From the NCBI GenBank assembly GCA_964348895.1, contig CAYGEH010000001.1, forward strand, positions 110,593 through 174,592: a stretch of 64,000 nucleotides of DNA, read 5' to 3'. Both the position numbers and the translations under genes were made by a program. How positions within the stretch are numbered: the stretch's first letter is position 1; each line of letters begins with the position of its first letter. The notes under the pieces are model-generated. The model saw nothing but the letters and a program-made list of their open reading frames with translations. It was not told the DNA's origin and did not search any database. This DNA comes from an uncultured Gammaproteobacteria bacterium. GTDB lineage: Bacteria > Patescibacteriota > Microgenomatia > 0-14-0-10-38-17. Of this stretch, positions 9,021 to 18,638 are shown in pieces.

Positions 9021-12000
9021 TAAATAAACCCAAATAAAATAAACGCTGGGGTTGGAACTCAATTATCACTTCGTAATTTTCCCTTCCTCCGCTGTCTTCT
9101 GGAGTAATATACCAAGAGTTGGCATAACCATTAACCAGTAAATGACGCTCTTGAGGAAGCGGATCTTTGCCCCAAGTCTCAAAAGTGGCTTTTTCTAAAA
9201 AGATGTTGCGATGAACACCTTCTTTTATTTCTCCGTCAAAATAACTGGCCACAATTTCTTCTTGATTTTGCGTTGTTCCTCTTAAATTTTCTGTTTTATT
9301 AATATAAGCTCTCCAGCCCCGATGAAAGCTTTCAGAAAAAATTAAAGTGTATGGTTCTTTGGCTCCTTCTACTCTAACCCGATATTTTGTTGGGTTAATC
9401 TTGGTAAAGGTAATTCTTGGCATTGCCTGCTCCTCTTGGTTAATGTTTTCTGTTTTGGCGCGCAACATTATTTTAGGCCTGACAACTTTTCTTACCTGTA
9501 AATTTCTAAACTCCACCTCGGCAAGCTGATCTAAATCAGCTTGGGAATAAAAATAAATCTTGGCCTCCAGAGCATTTTTATCCGCAGTTAAAAATCCTTC
9601 AAACTTTTTCCACTCTTCAGTTGAGCCCTGATTCTTTAAATTCTTGGTAAATATTTTTGTTATTTTCGTTCCCTCTTCTGCCTCTTTTCTTCTTTCTTCT
9701 AATACGCCAACCCCCAGGCTTCCCTTCTCGATTTTGTACTCAAAAGTCAAATAATAAAAACTATCTGCTTGCCAATCATTAATTTCTTGAAAAACAAGAT
9801 TTTCTGCCCCAGGAAAGAACTCTTGGGGAAAAAATCCAACCCCTTCTTCTGCCTTTTCCAGCTCTTTCCTTGTCTGCCAGTCGGGGCCAACTAAATTAGC
9901 CGACTCTGGTAGGCGAAGGGTTAGTTTGTTTTTTCCTTGATTAAATTCTTCCCTGCCAATCTCTGTCCAGCCTTCATTGGCGACTAATCTTCCTTCTTCT
10001 ATTTGTATTTCTCTGCCCTCTGTTAGTATTTCTAGACCTGTCAGCTGGCTAATGTCTTGAATAAACAGCGAATAGATTCCGCTTTTAGGAACCTCAAAGC
10101 TATATTCCAGATTTTTTAAGTCGCCACTACCCAAGGGGTCAATTTTTTCGGCTAATTCTGCAAACATTTTTCTCCACTCGTCTGCTGTTGTTTCTCTCCC
10201 TTGCTTGTTAATAAATATTTTTTCTACTCTTTCTTGATGCGCCTCCCAATAGGCCCCAATTTTTATCATCATTTCTGTTCTCTTTTCTGCTTTTGGTAAT
10301 TGCTTGGCTTCCTCTAGGGCTTCTTCCATTTTTAGCCGATATGCCCTTAGGGTAATTCCTTGAACTCTTTTTTCTTCTCCCCAGCTCTCTAGTTCAGAAA
10401 TTCTCTTTCCCGCATAAAATAATTTCTTTTCAATTAATTCTTCTTGATTGTTTCTTACCCTCCATTCCTCTAACCATTCTCTGGCTAAAGCCAAGCGATA
10501 GGCAAGGCTTCCCGGCTGATGACGAACATGGGGAAAAGGAACGCCAATTTTAAAGTTATCTCTTTTTCTTGTTTTTTCAAAAAAATTATCGCCAATACTA
10601 TTTTCTAGGTTTGTTTTAATAAAGATTTTATCCGCCCGACTTCTTAGTTTGCTAGCTGTTTCTTCTTTTAGCTCACCAGTCTTAGTTAAATAAATTCCTG
10701 ATCTTATTTTGTAATCCTCAAATCCAACTACATCAACTAAGCTTTCAATTCCTCCAGTTGAGTAAATTATGTTTTGGGGAATATAAAAGTGGGGAAGAAA
10801 ATTGTTATTTTCAAAAAGTGAAACCTTGTTCCAATCCATTACTAAGCTTAGGTTTTGTAAGCTTTTTAATGTTGATGTTATTTCTTCTCCGCTTTTTTCT
10901 CCAAATAAGACATTATTCCGCACGGCAACATATTTAGCTCCAATCAGGGGCAACATTTTTTCTAGGAATTTTCCTTCTCCTCTCTTTGTTTCTTCGGCTA
11001 TTTTTAAACCAATAATAGACCCTGGATTGTCTAAATCTCGATCAGAAATCGCCCAACCTCCTCTTTTGGGAGAAAAAATAGCAAAAATATCAACAATTCC
11101 TCGATATTCACCCAAAAAATTTTTGTTGTCATTAGGTTTTAGCACTCCTCCGATGGGAAGATATAAAACCTTAACCCCCTCTTTTTGTTTTTCCAAATAA
11201 CTTTCCAAACTAAAATATTCTGAAGGAAAACTATAAGCTCTTAACCTAATATCATGTTGTTTTTTTTGCTCTTCAAACAATTCCCCACCCCAAAACGGAT
11301 AGGCATTAAGAAAAAGCAGAACCACCAAAAATCCTCCAGCGAAACGAAAGGCTTTTTTTTTCTGTTTAAAAAGAAAGTTTAAAAACAGTGTTGTTAAAAC
11401 AACAAAAGAAAAAGAGGGAAGAACCAAAAACCGCCCCATATCTCTGAAAACGTCTGAAAACGGCAATCTGCTAATAAAATGCGGACCAAAAGAAAAAAGA
11501 ATTGGTGTGACTAAGGCAATGAAAACCAAAGAAATTATTAGTTTTTTTTTAGGGAAAAAGATAATTGAAAGAAAAGATAGAACTGGTAAAAGAAAAGACA
11601 AGGGGACTAGAATTTGAGGATAACTTGTTTCATATTGATAATTAAATAAACTTCCCCATAATCTTAAAATATTTAAATAGCTTAATCTTGTCCAGGTTCC
11701 TAAGCTTGTAGGCGAAAGACCAAATCTTGTTGTAAACAATCCACTTCCACCGCTAAAAAGAGGGGGTGCCCACCAAAAAGCGCTTATTCCTAAAAAAACA
11801 AAAAATATAATGAAAATAGATTTTAAATAAACAGCGAAGCTTTTTTTGTTATTAATAAGAAAAAAAGCAAAAGAAAAAAAGGTTAACGGATACCAAAAAA
11901 CAGCTTGCGACTGAAATGCTGCCAAAAAATAAAGGAAACCAACCAAAACTGAATAAAAGAATCTTTCTTCTTGAACTGACTTAATAAAAAGGATTAAGGC

Positions 12001-12456
12001 AAAAGGTAAAATCCCCATTGAAAGAAGAACAAACTGCCAGCCCATTGACGCATAATTAAAAAAGAAGGGAAGGGTAATATAAAGCAATCCACCCAAAAAA
12101 GAAGTTTTTCGAGAACAACCCAAAAACTTACAAAACAGATACATGAAAAACCCTGAAAGAAAAAAAATTAAAAACAAAAACATGCTAGGAATAATTCCTC
12201 CAGAAAGCCCTATTATCCCCAATAAATAGACTATTAGCCTAAAAAATAAATCACTTAAAAAAAACTGAGGAGCCCCCAAAAGATCATTTTCTGCCCAAGT
12301 AAATAAATTTCTCAAGAAATAAGCTTGGGTTTGACCAAACCCCATGGGAAACAACCAGTCTCCCCCAGAAATTATCCCCGAGAAAAAAAATAACTCTTTA
12401 AATAAAAAAGAAATAAAAAAGAAATAAAAAAAAGTAACCAGTAAGTTTATTTTCAT
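8947..12456 (-). CDS. large polytopic membrane protein (~14 N-terminal TM helices plus a large extracytoplasmic domain), possible glycosyltransferase or glycan-polymerase-type protein; truncated by the GIY-YIG insertion
   Basis: 1169 aa. Very hydrophobic N-terminal 400 aa, then a soluble domain and a C-terminal TM helix. The 3' end carries direct-repeat copy 2. Confidence 0.55.
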   Translation of the reverse strand: MKINLLVTFFYFFFISFLFKELFFFSGIISGGDWLFPMGFGQTQAYFLRNLFTWAENDLLGAPQFFLSDLFFRLIVYLLGIIGLSGGIIPSMFLFLIFFLSGFFMYLFCKFLGCSRKTSFLGGLLYITLPFFFNYASMGWQFVLLSMGILPFALILFIKSVQEERFFYSVLVGFLYFLAAFQSQAVFWYPLTFFSFAFFLINNKKSFAVYLKSIFIIFFVFLGISAFWWAPPLFSGGSGLFTTRFGLSPTSLGTWTRLSYLNILRLWGSLFNYQYETSYPQILVPLSFLLPVLSFLSIIFFPKKKLIISLVFIALVTPILFSFGPHFISRLPFSDVFRDMGRFLVLPSFSFVVLTTLFLNFLFKQKKKAFRFAGGFLVVLLFLNAYPFWGGELFEEQKKQHDIRLRAYSFPSEYFSLESYLEKQKEGVKVLYLPIGGVLKPNDNKNFLGEYRGIVDIFAIFSPKRGGWAISDRDLDNPGSIIGLKIAEETKRGEGKFLEKMLPLIGAKYVAVRNNVLFGEKSGEEITSTLKSLQNLSLVMDWNKVSLFENNNFLPHFYIPQNIIYSTGGIESLVDVVGFEDYKIRSGIYLTKTGELKEETASKLRSRADKIFIKTNLENSIGDNFFEKTRKRDNFKIGVPFPHVRHQPGSLAYRLALAREWLEEWRVRNNQEELIEKKLFYAGKRISELESWGEEKRVQGITLRAYRLKMEEALEEAKQLPKAEKRTEMMIKIGAYWEAHQERVEKIFINKQGRETTADEWRKMFAELAEKIDPLGSGDLKNLEYSFEVPKSGIYSLFIQDISQLTGLEILTEGREIQIEEGRLVANEGWTEIGREEFNQGKNKLTLRLPESANLVGPDWQTRKELEKAEEGVGFFPQEFFPGAENLVFQEINDWQADSFYYLTFEYKIEKGSLGVGVLEERRKEAEEGTKITKIFTKNLKNQGSTEEWKKFEGFLTADKNALEAKIYFYSQADLDQLAEVEFRNLQVRKVVRPKIMLRAKTENINQEEQAMPRITFTKINPTKYRVRVEGAKEPYTLIFSESFHRGWRAYINKTENLRGTTQNQEEIVASYFDGEIKEGVHRNIFLEKATFETWGKDPLPQERHLLVNGYANSWYITPEDSGGRENYEVIIEFQPQRLFYLGLFISIFVFIGCIIYLIYDKFRNKLNA
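9021..9054. repeat. 34-bp perfect direct repeat, copy 2 (inside the 3' coding end of 8947..12456)
   Basis: Identical to 8597..8630. It encodes QPQRLFYLGLF in the large membrane protein. Confidence 0.85.
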
Positions 12457-13187
12457 TTTGTTATTTTTACCATTAAATCTCGATAAAAAATTTTGCCTAT
12501 TCGAGGAAGCTTTCCAAACAGGGCGGGAATTGTCACTAGGGGATTTTGGCTAAGATTTAAAACCTTAGCTTCTCCATTTAATTTAAGCTTTTTGATCAAA
12601 TTATTCATATATTCTTCGGACCATTTGTACATATGTTCATTATGAAATATTCTTCCTGCACCAATTAATCTCATAAAAACTTCTCCAATCCAGTCAGAGT
12701 TATCGGTAATAATGACTACCCTCTCTCGTGCTATTCTAAGACAATTCAAAATAAAATCGCTGGGGTTTAACAAGTGTTCAATAACATAGCTGTTTCTCAC
12801 CACATCAACAGAGTTATCTGCAAAAGGCAAAAGCTCGGCGCTTCCAACTATAAAATTAGCGGGTATTTTTTGAGGAATATAAACATCTAGCCCTATAGTA
12901 CCTTCATTACTTTCACCACATCCAATATCTAAAATTATTTTATTGGGCAAGGTTTTTGCTTGTTTCTTCTTATAAACAAATAATTTACTCCAAGAACCAG
13001 CTCTCTTTATTCTTTTTTTTTCTTTTTCTTGAAATAAGCGAAATTTATCTGGAACAATAAAAGGTATATCGTTCTTAATCTTAAAGCTTCTTTTACATCT
13101 ACAACAAAACAGGGAGTCAAGAGATTGTTGAAAAGAAAGTCTGCAATAAGGACAAACCAACAAATTATAAAAATCTTTTCTCAACAT
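12453..13187 (-). CDS. class I SAM-dependent methyltransferase with N-terminal Trm112-like zinc ribbon
   Basis: CPYC...CCRC zinc-ribbon motif, then LDIGCGE (SAM motif I) and a DVV..SYVIEH motif II/III-like region. Confidence 0.7.
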   Translation of the reverse strand: MLRKDFYNLLVCPYCRLSFQQSLDSLFCCRCKRSFKIKNDIPFIVPDKFRLFQEKEKKRIKRAGSWSKLFVYKKKQAKTLPNKIILDIGCGESNEGTIGLDVYIPQKIPANFIVGSAELLPFADNSVDVVRNSYVIEHLLNPSDFILNCLRIARERVVIITDNSDWIGEVFMRLIGAGRIFHNEHMYKWSEEYMNNLIKKLKLNGEAKVLNLSQNPLVTIPALFGKLPRIGKIFYRDLMVKITK

Positions 13188-13190
13188 TTT

Positions 13191-14315
13191 TTAAAAAATT
13201 TTATTTTCTGTTAATAATCTCAACTGTTTCTTAGCAACATTATCCCAATTAAACCGACTGGCATTTTCAACAGCTAGTCTTGATAATTGATCATAAAAAT
13301 CTTTGTCTTGAAATAGCCTTATCGTCTTATTGGCAAATTCTTTAAAGTTTCCTTTTTTTACTTTAATCATTCCTTTGGGAAAAACTTCAGCAAAAACAGG
13401 AAGACTCCAGGCAACAGCTGGTACTCCCAGCGCTTGGGCCTCAAGTGGAGCTATTCCAAATCCTTCTTCGTGACTAGGAAAAACAAAAACCTGACTCGCC
13501 TTAATTAAACCAAAAGCTTCGTCATCTTCTAGGAATCCTAATAAATCAATATTTTTTTCTAGACCAGAAAGTTTAATTTTTGACCTAAGCTTATTTATCA
13601 CCCTTTCATCTCCCCTTCCTATTACTCCTAGTCTTGCTTCTGGCTTTTTTTGACAAACCAGCTTCCAAATTCTTATCAAGTCAAAAATTCCTTTTGATGG
13701 ATGCAGTCGAGCCATAAAAATCCCATTATAGCCCTCTCTGTCTTTTTTTACTGATTTAAGATATTTAAGATTAGCCCCAGGATAATTAACGAAAATTTTT
13801 TGTATTTTAAAACCCATTTTAATCAAATCATTTTTAAGCAGCTTATTATCAACGATAATTGTGTCAGCTAATATTTTTATTAAAAGAAAGCTAAGTCTTT
13901 GAGCACAAAAAGGGATTTTCCTAGAAGAGGGAATCAAATGAAAAATATGCTGGATCCATTTATTTTTTCTATTCTTCACTTTCAGCCAAAAAATTGGCAA
14001 GACATCAGGTAAAAAATCGGAAGTGCCAAGAAAAATGTCTTCTTTTTCAATTTTAAAAATCAGAAGAAACGACTTAATTGTTCTTTTAAAATAGGTTAGA
14101 ATTATATTCTTGAATTCTTGTTCTGTGGTGGTAATTAAAAATTTTCCCCTTAGGCCACTTTTTTGACACAATTTTTTTCCCAATAAAGAGGTTATAACGA
14201 TCTTGTCGAACTCTTTAATTCTTTTGGCTACCTCAATAAAAACCATGTCTCCCCCACTCTTCCCTTGAGAGAAGGCGTTCATAAAAGCAATAATTTTGGG
14301 TTTTACTGTGTTCAT
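13191..14315 (-). CDS. glycosyltransferase family 4 (GT-B, group 1) protein
   Basis: C-terminal EGFGIAPLEAQALGVPAVAW (EX7E motif) and a GT-B architecture. Confidence 0.8.
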   Translation of the reverse strand: MNTVKPKIIAFMNAFSQGKSGGDMVFIEVAKRIKEFDKIVITSLLGKKLCQKSGLRGKFLITTTEQEFKNIILTYFKRTIKSFLLIFKIEKEDIFLGTSDFLPDVLPIFWLKVKNRKNKWIQHIFHLIPSSRKIPFCAQRLSFLLIKILADTIIVDNKLLKNDLIKMGFKIQKIFVNYPGANLKYLKSVKKDREGYNGIFMARLHPSKGIFDLIRIWKLVCQKKPEARLGVIGRGDERVINKLRSKIKLSGLEKNIDLLGFLEDDEAFGLIKASQVFVFPSHEEGFGIAPLEAQALGVPAVAWSLPVFAEVFPKGMIKVKKGNFKEFANKTIRLFQDKDFYDQLSRLAVENASRFNWDNVAKKQLRLLTENKIF

Positions 14316-14591
14316 TTTATTGGGCTTATTGCCCCATTCTTTTCGATTTAATTCTTGAAAACTAAAAACTCTCTAAACTCTTCCTGTGACAGAACCCCTA
14401 AAACAAATCAACAAGCTAAAAGGTGAAAAGACCAAGTAAAGTCTGCTCTTTGAACAACCTTTGACATTTTGATAAAGCAATGAAATTGTGGCAATACAAG
14501 TTGGGGTAAATTTTAACAGACCTATTTTTTGTTTTTGCTCGACTGTCATATTTGACAAGCATTTCTTTTTTTGCTACAGTTAGTTTAACCT

Positions 14592-14628
14592 GCTCCGCAT
14601 ACATGTATGCGGAGCCTTTTTTTTATTT
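14592..14628 (+). terminator. perfect-palindrome hairpin plus T-tract (intrinsic terminator geometry on the + strand)
   Basis: gctccgcatacATGtatgcggagc is an 11-bp perfect stem, followed by ctttttttttattt. A TTGACA-17-TACAGT promoter-like element lies ~40 nt upstream on the same strand. Confidence 0.5.
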
Positions 14629-15213
14629 AACTTGGGTTACTAGGTTATTTTGGCTAATTTTTAAGACTTTCGGTCGCCTTTTTATGCTTCTTAGTTTCAA
14701 CTTTCTCCCAGTAAAATTAAGCAGAAAAACGGGAAAACCAATCAGCGATCTAAACATAAATTTGTTTTCCAAACAAAGTACAGAAACTTTCTTCTTCAAT
14801 CTTTTTGCCGCTTCTAGAGCCTGAATAAAATCAGCGTCACCAGAAAATAAATAAAGATTCTCATACCTGCCCAGGTGGGCAAGGTCCACAATATCTACTG
14901 CCATTTTAACATCAACTTCTTTTTCTTTCCCGCTACTTTGAGATCGATAGCCTTTAAAAAAAATCGTTTTAGCTGTTTTTTTAACCCCTCGATAAAATAG
15001 GGCTTCGTTTTTCAAATAAAGCTTTTCTTTCTTGGTTAACTTCTTTTCTTTCGGCGAATATGAAGCATAGAAATAAATCTGGTCAAATTTTACCCCTACC
15101 CTTTCTTCAGTTTCGTTTATAAATTTTGAAAAATCTAAATATTTGTCTGGCCCAAAAAGTTCATATTGAGCAGCGTATAAATTAGTCCCATCAACAAAGA
15201 GGTAGGTTTTCAT
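14623..15213 (-). CDS. NYN domain (LabA-like PIN-fold) protein
   Basis: N-terminal YLFVDGTNLY and FSGDADF match NYN/LabA conserved acidic motifs. Confidence 0.7.
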   Translation of the reverse strand: MKTYLFVDGTNLYAAQYELFGPDKYLDFSKFINETEERVGVKFDQIYFYASYSPKEKKLTKKEKLYLKNEALFYRGVKKTAKTIFFKGYRSQSSGKEKEVDVKMAVDIVDLAHLGRYENLYLFSGDADFIQALEAAKRLKKKVSVLCLENKFMFRSLIGFPVFLLNFTGRKLKLRSIKRRPKVLKISQNNLVTQVK

Positions 15214-16703
15214 TTTTTAAAATCAGCTAAATGTCCCAGCACCGCCCTGCCTGCTCGCCAGAAAAACCTAAGATCAGCAAAACTCCGAATAGAGGAAATT
15301 TTTCGGATAATGAACTTTGGGGTCATAAACGACTTATAAATTCCCTGTGTCAGGGCCAAAACCTCCTCATCTTTTAGGGGTGTTTTCATTACTGGTCGGC
15401 TCATATCATAATCGTCCCAGTTTCTTGTTTTTAACCAGTTTTCTTTTTCACACTCGCTAAAAAGAGCCGTCCCTGGATAGGGAATAACGATCGTTGCCTG
15501 AAGGGTGTCAATTAAGCCTTTTTCAAATAGGCTTTTGGTTAGCCGAACTGTTTCTTTGGCCTGACTGCCTGTTTCCCATGGATAACCAACCATACAGGTC
15601 ACATGGGGCTCAAGGTGACCCCCAACTTCCTCATTAACCTCCTTAACAATTTCTAGCTCTTTTTCAATTTCGGCAATTTTTATTCCCTTGTTTAACCGAT
15701 CGACTGTTTCTTGACTGGCTGACTCAAGTCCATAAAGTAAAAAGCGAAAACCAGCCTTAGCAATTAAACGATAATCCTCTTTGGTTAAAGCACCGAAGCG
15801 AAGATTACAATCAAAATAAATTTTTTTATTAAACCCTCGCTTAATCATTCCCCGACAAAACTCCCGCAACCACTCGCCAGCTGGAAAAGTCCCAGTGTCG
15901 TCCATAATTTCACAAACGGGCTGATGTTTAAGAATTTCTTCAATTTCAGTTAAAACATTTTCTGGCGACCTTGTTCTATAAGCAGGATAAAGAACTGTCC
16001 AGGCACAGAACTTACAGCCATTATCTTTCCGCCACCAGCAATCTCTCCCCGCCATAATATAGGTTCCAGGAGTTTTCTTGTAGTTGCCATTCTCATAGGC
16101 GTAAAGCTTCCACTTCGTCAGCTCTCGATCAATGAAGGGTAATTTATTTAAGTCGTGATTTAAAATAAATTTTCCTGTGTTTTCGATCTTTTTAGCTTCA
16201 GATTCTGTTTTTGTTTCTTTTTGAAACCAAATTCCTGGTTCTAACTTTTCTTCCTTTGCTAAATGGTTTGCTAGATTCAATAAAAGAAAATCATAGTCGC
16301 CACCGGTTAGAACATAGTCAACCTTGGAATTTTCAAGCGACTCTTCCGGCAAGGCGGTGACATGATCACCAACCAAAACGGTTTTGAGGTTTGGCATTTG
16401 CTCTTTAAGGCTTGATATTATTTTCCAATGTTTCTTAACCACTGGTGTTTTTGTTTCTATCATTATCAGGTCTGGTGCTTCTTTTTTGACTTTTTCCAGC
16501 CATTCTTGATAGCTCCACTTTTCCGCTATGCCATCAAGCCAGGAAACCTCATAACCAGCATTTTTTAGTCCTGTCGCTGCATAGGCCGGCACAATGGGGT
16601 AAATATAGGTTGGGTTATGAAAAACCTGATATTGCCGATTTTGAGACAAAAGGGGCGTTCCCTCTACCTCTTCAAGCGGAGGAAAACCAATAATAACCTT
16701 CAT
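15210..16703 (-). CDS. B12-binding domain-containing radical SAM protein (predicted)
   Basis: N-terminal Rossmann-like B12-binding-type region, then a central GRDCWWRKDNGCKFCAW Cys cluster (Cx7Cx2C rather than canonical Cx3Cx2C) and a TIM-barrel-like remainder. Start overlaps the NYN gene stop. Confidence 0.55.
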   Translation of the reverse strand: MKVIIGFPPLEEVEGTPLLSQNRQYQVFHNPTYIYPIVPAYAATGLKNAGYEVSWLDGIAEKWSYQEWLEKVKKEAPDLIMIETKTPVVKKHWKIISSLKEQMPNLKTVLVGDHVTALPEESLENSKVDYVLTGGDYDFLLLNLANHLAKEEKLEPGIWFQKETKTESEAKKIENTGKFILNHDLNKLPFIDRELTKWKLYAYENGNYKKTPGTYIMAGRDCWWRKDNGCKFCAWTVLYPAYRTRSPENVLTEIEEILKHQPVCEIMDDTGTFPAGEWLREFCRGMIKRGFNKKIYFDCNLRFGALTKEDYRLIAKAGFRFLLYGLESASQETVDRLNKGIKIAEIEKELEIVKEVNEEVGGHLEPHVTCMVGYPWETGSQAKETVRLTKSLFEKGLIDTLQATIVIPYPGTALFSECEKENWLKTRNWDDYDMSRPVMKTPLKDEEVLALTQGIYKSFMTPKFIIRKISSIRSFADLRFFWRAGRAVLGHLADFKK

Positions 16704-16807
16704 TTTATTCCTTAATACTTTATCATATAAAAAAACATTTAGAGGCTCGCTCCTCCTTGTTCTTGGGTCCAGGAAGTGTTTTTGAATCGAAAAAAAGAAG
16801 AAACCGC

Positions 16808-17857
16808 CTAGAGCTTATCTTGGCCAAATTTACTTTGAAAATCTTGCTTGCCTAAACCGTAAAGAAACATTACCCCATAAAAAAGATGACTAACAAAAAT
16901 TGTTGGAAAAAACAAAAGGGCGGAGAGGGGGTTTTTACTTTGTTTTAAAACCCAAAAACTACTAGCTAAAAGCAAAGCCCCATATATTCCTAAAATAAAA
17001 AGATAAATCGTTAACAAAACTCTTGCCAAAACCAGAAAACCCATTATTTGTAGAAGAATTATTAAAATTGGAGATAAAATCACTCCAAAAGCAAAAAGCA
17101 TTGGCATAAAGTAGCCTAGTCTTTGCGAGGTTTTAGGTAAAATTTTGACAAAATGGCCTCGATGCTTGCCATAGCGACCAATTTGTTTTAAATGGGGAAG
17201 GAAGATGTTGCGGCGGTGGTGATAGACCAAAACTTGAGGATCATAAATAATTTTTTTTCCTTGCCTGTGGACCAAGTCGTGACAAAACTTAGTGTCCTCT
17301 CCTGGCCAAAATCGAGCATCAAAACCGCCTGTTTTTAAAAAATCTTTTTTCTTTACCAAAAGATTAAAAGTGGGGTAATCGTCAACCTCACGCCTTGGTC
17401 TGGGCCAGCAGCGATATTGACCTGCTCCGCCAGAGCCAAGAAACGAAGCCCACATCCAACCAGAAACTTGAGCCAAAAGCGGATCGCTTGGTGGTGTTAC
17501 CCCTGGTCCACAAACAGCAGAAAGGGTTTGAAGTTCAAATATAGACAAAGCTTTTTCTAGCCAATTTTTTTCAGGATAAGCATCATCATCAAGAAAGGCC
17601 AAAATTTCTCCTTTTGCTTGATCAACGCCAAGGTTTCTTTTGTCTGCTGGCCCCACTTTTGGCCAAGTGGGAATAATTTTCGTTTTGGCAAACTTTTCTT
17701 TAGAATCGTGGTCAGGTAAGATAATTATTTCAAAGTTTTGATAAGTTTGTTTTAAGATTGCTGGAATTGTTTCTTTGCGAAGATAATTGTTAATTTCCTT
17801 AACTGGAATAATAATAGAAAAGAAAATTTTTGCCATATTTTTCTTGCTATCCCTCAT
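16808..17857 (-). CDS. glycosyltransferase family 2 protein with C-terminal membrane domain
   Basis: SIIIPVKE...DDD core followed by 4 TM helices. Overlaps the next gene by 11 bp. Confidence 0.7.
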   Translation of the reverse strand: MRDSKKNMAKIFFSIIIPVKEINNYLRKETIPAILKQTYQNFEIIILPDHDSKEKFAKTKIIPTWPKVGPADKRNLGVDQAKGEILAFLDDDAYPEKNWLEKALSIFELQTLSAVCGPGVTPPSDPLLAQVSGWMWASFLGSGGAGQYRCWPRPRREVDDYPTFNLLVKKKDFLKTGGFDARFWPGEDTKFCHDLVHRQGKKIIYDPQVLVYHHRRNIFLPHLKQIGRYGKHRGHFVKILPKTSQRLGYFMPMLFAFGVILSPILIILLQIMGFLVLARVLLTIYLFILGIYGALLLASSFWVLKQSKNPLSALLFFPTIFVSHLFYGVMFLYGLGKQDFQSKFGQDKL

Positions 17858-18638
17858 TAACCCTAAAGTTTAGCTCCTTGTCAAAATGCCATTTTCTTTT
17901 ATTTTTATCACTATAATAGCCTAAAATTTTAAGGCGATAAAAAATTGCCAAGGTGTCTAGGGCCATTTCAAAAACATTCTTAAACCTTATCGTGCTGCTA
18001 AATTTAAACTTTTGTGGATCAATTCTTATTGGAGCTTCATAAATTCGACTAAAACCAAGGTGATGAGCAACGGCAAGCAATTCAACATCAAAGGCAAATC
18101 TTTTCACTAGTAATCTTGGTAAGACTTTTTCCAGGACTTTTCTTTTAAATATTTTTAAACCCCCTTGAGTGTCTTTTAGTTTTAAACCAAGCAAAACACG
18201 AACCAGAAAACGATAACCCAAACTGTAAACTTTTCTTAAAAAAGGATATTCTACTTGAGAGGCGGGGTGTCTTTTGGAACCAACAATAATGTCGGCTTCA
18301 TACCACTCCATATGTTCCAAAACCATTGAAATTCCGTTAGGGTCAATATCCATACCTGCGTCAATGAAGGCAATAAAACTACCCCTAGTTCTGACCATTC
18401 CATATCTGACGGCATAGCCCTTGCCCTTATTAGTTTTATAGCCAAAAACTTTTATTTTTGGCGATTTAACTTTCTTGGCTTCTTGGAGGGTTCTGTCGCT
18501 TCCGCCATCAACAACACAAATAATTTCATAATCATAGCGGATTTTTGCCAAAACACCGCTAATTCTTTTAAGGTCTTTGGTAATTGTTTTTTCCTGTTTA
18601 TAAGCAGGAACAATCACCGAAAGAAAATTAGGGTTCAT
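17847..18638 (-). CDS. polyprenol-phosphate glycosyltransferase (Dpm1/GtrB-like GT2)
   Basis: LSVIVPAYKQE...VVDGGSDRT...GKGYAVRYG, with a C-terminal amphipathic segment. Confidence 0.75.
   Translation of the reverse strand: MNPNFLSVIVPAYKQEKTITKDLKRISGVLAKIRYDYEIICVVDGGSDRTLQEAKKVKSPKIKVFGYKTNKGKGYAVRYGMVRTRGSFIAFIDAGMDIDPNGISMVLEHMEWYEADIIVGSKRHPASQVEYPFLRKVYSLGYRFLVRVLLGLKLKDTQGGLKIFKRKVLEKVLPRLLVKRFAFDVELLAVAHHLGFSRIYEAPIRIDPQKFKFSSTIRFKNVFEMALDTLAIFYRLKILGYYSDKNKRKWHFDKELNFRVNEG

Noticed and set aside
8597-9054. Possible CRISPR array, given the repeated 34-mer
   Set aside because: Only two copies, 390 bp apart, with no regular spacing and no cas genes. Both copies are in coding or gene-flanking context, consistent with a target duplication rather than a CRISPR array.
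14373-14824. Small ORFs (61-90 aa) in the region between the GT4 and NYN genes
   Set aside because: They overlap each other and the palindromic terminator, and show no coding features. The region is better explained as regulatory or non-coding.
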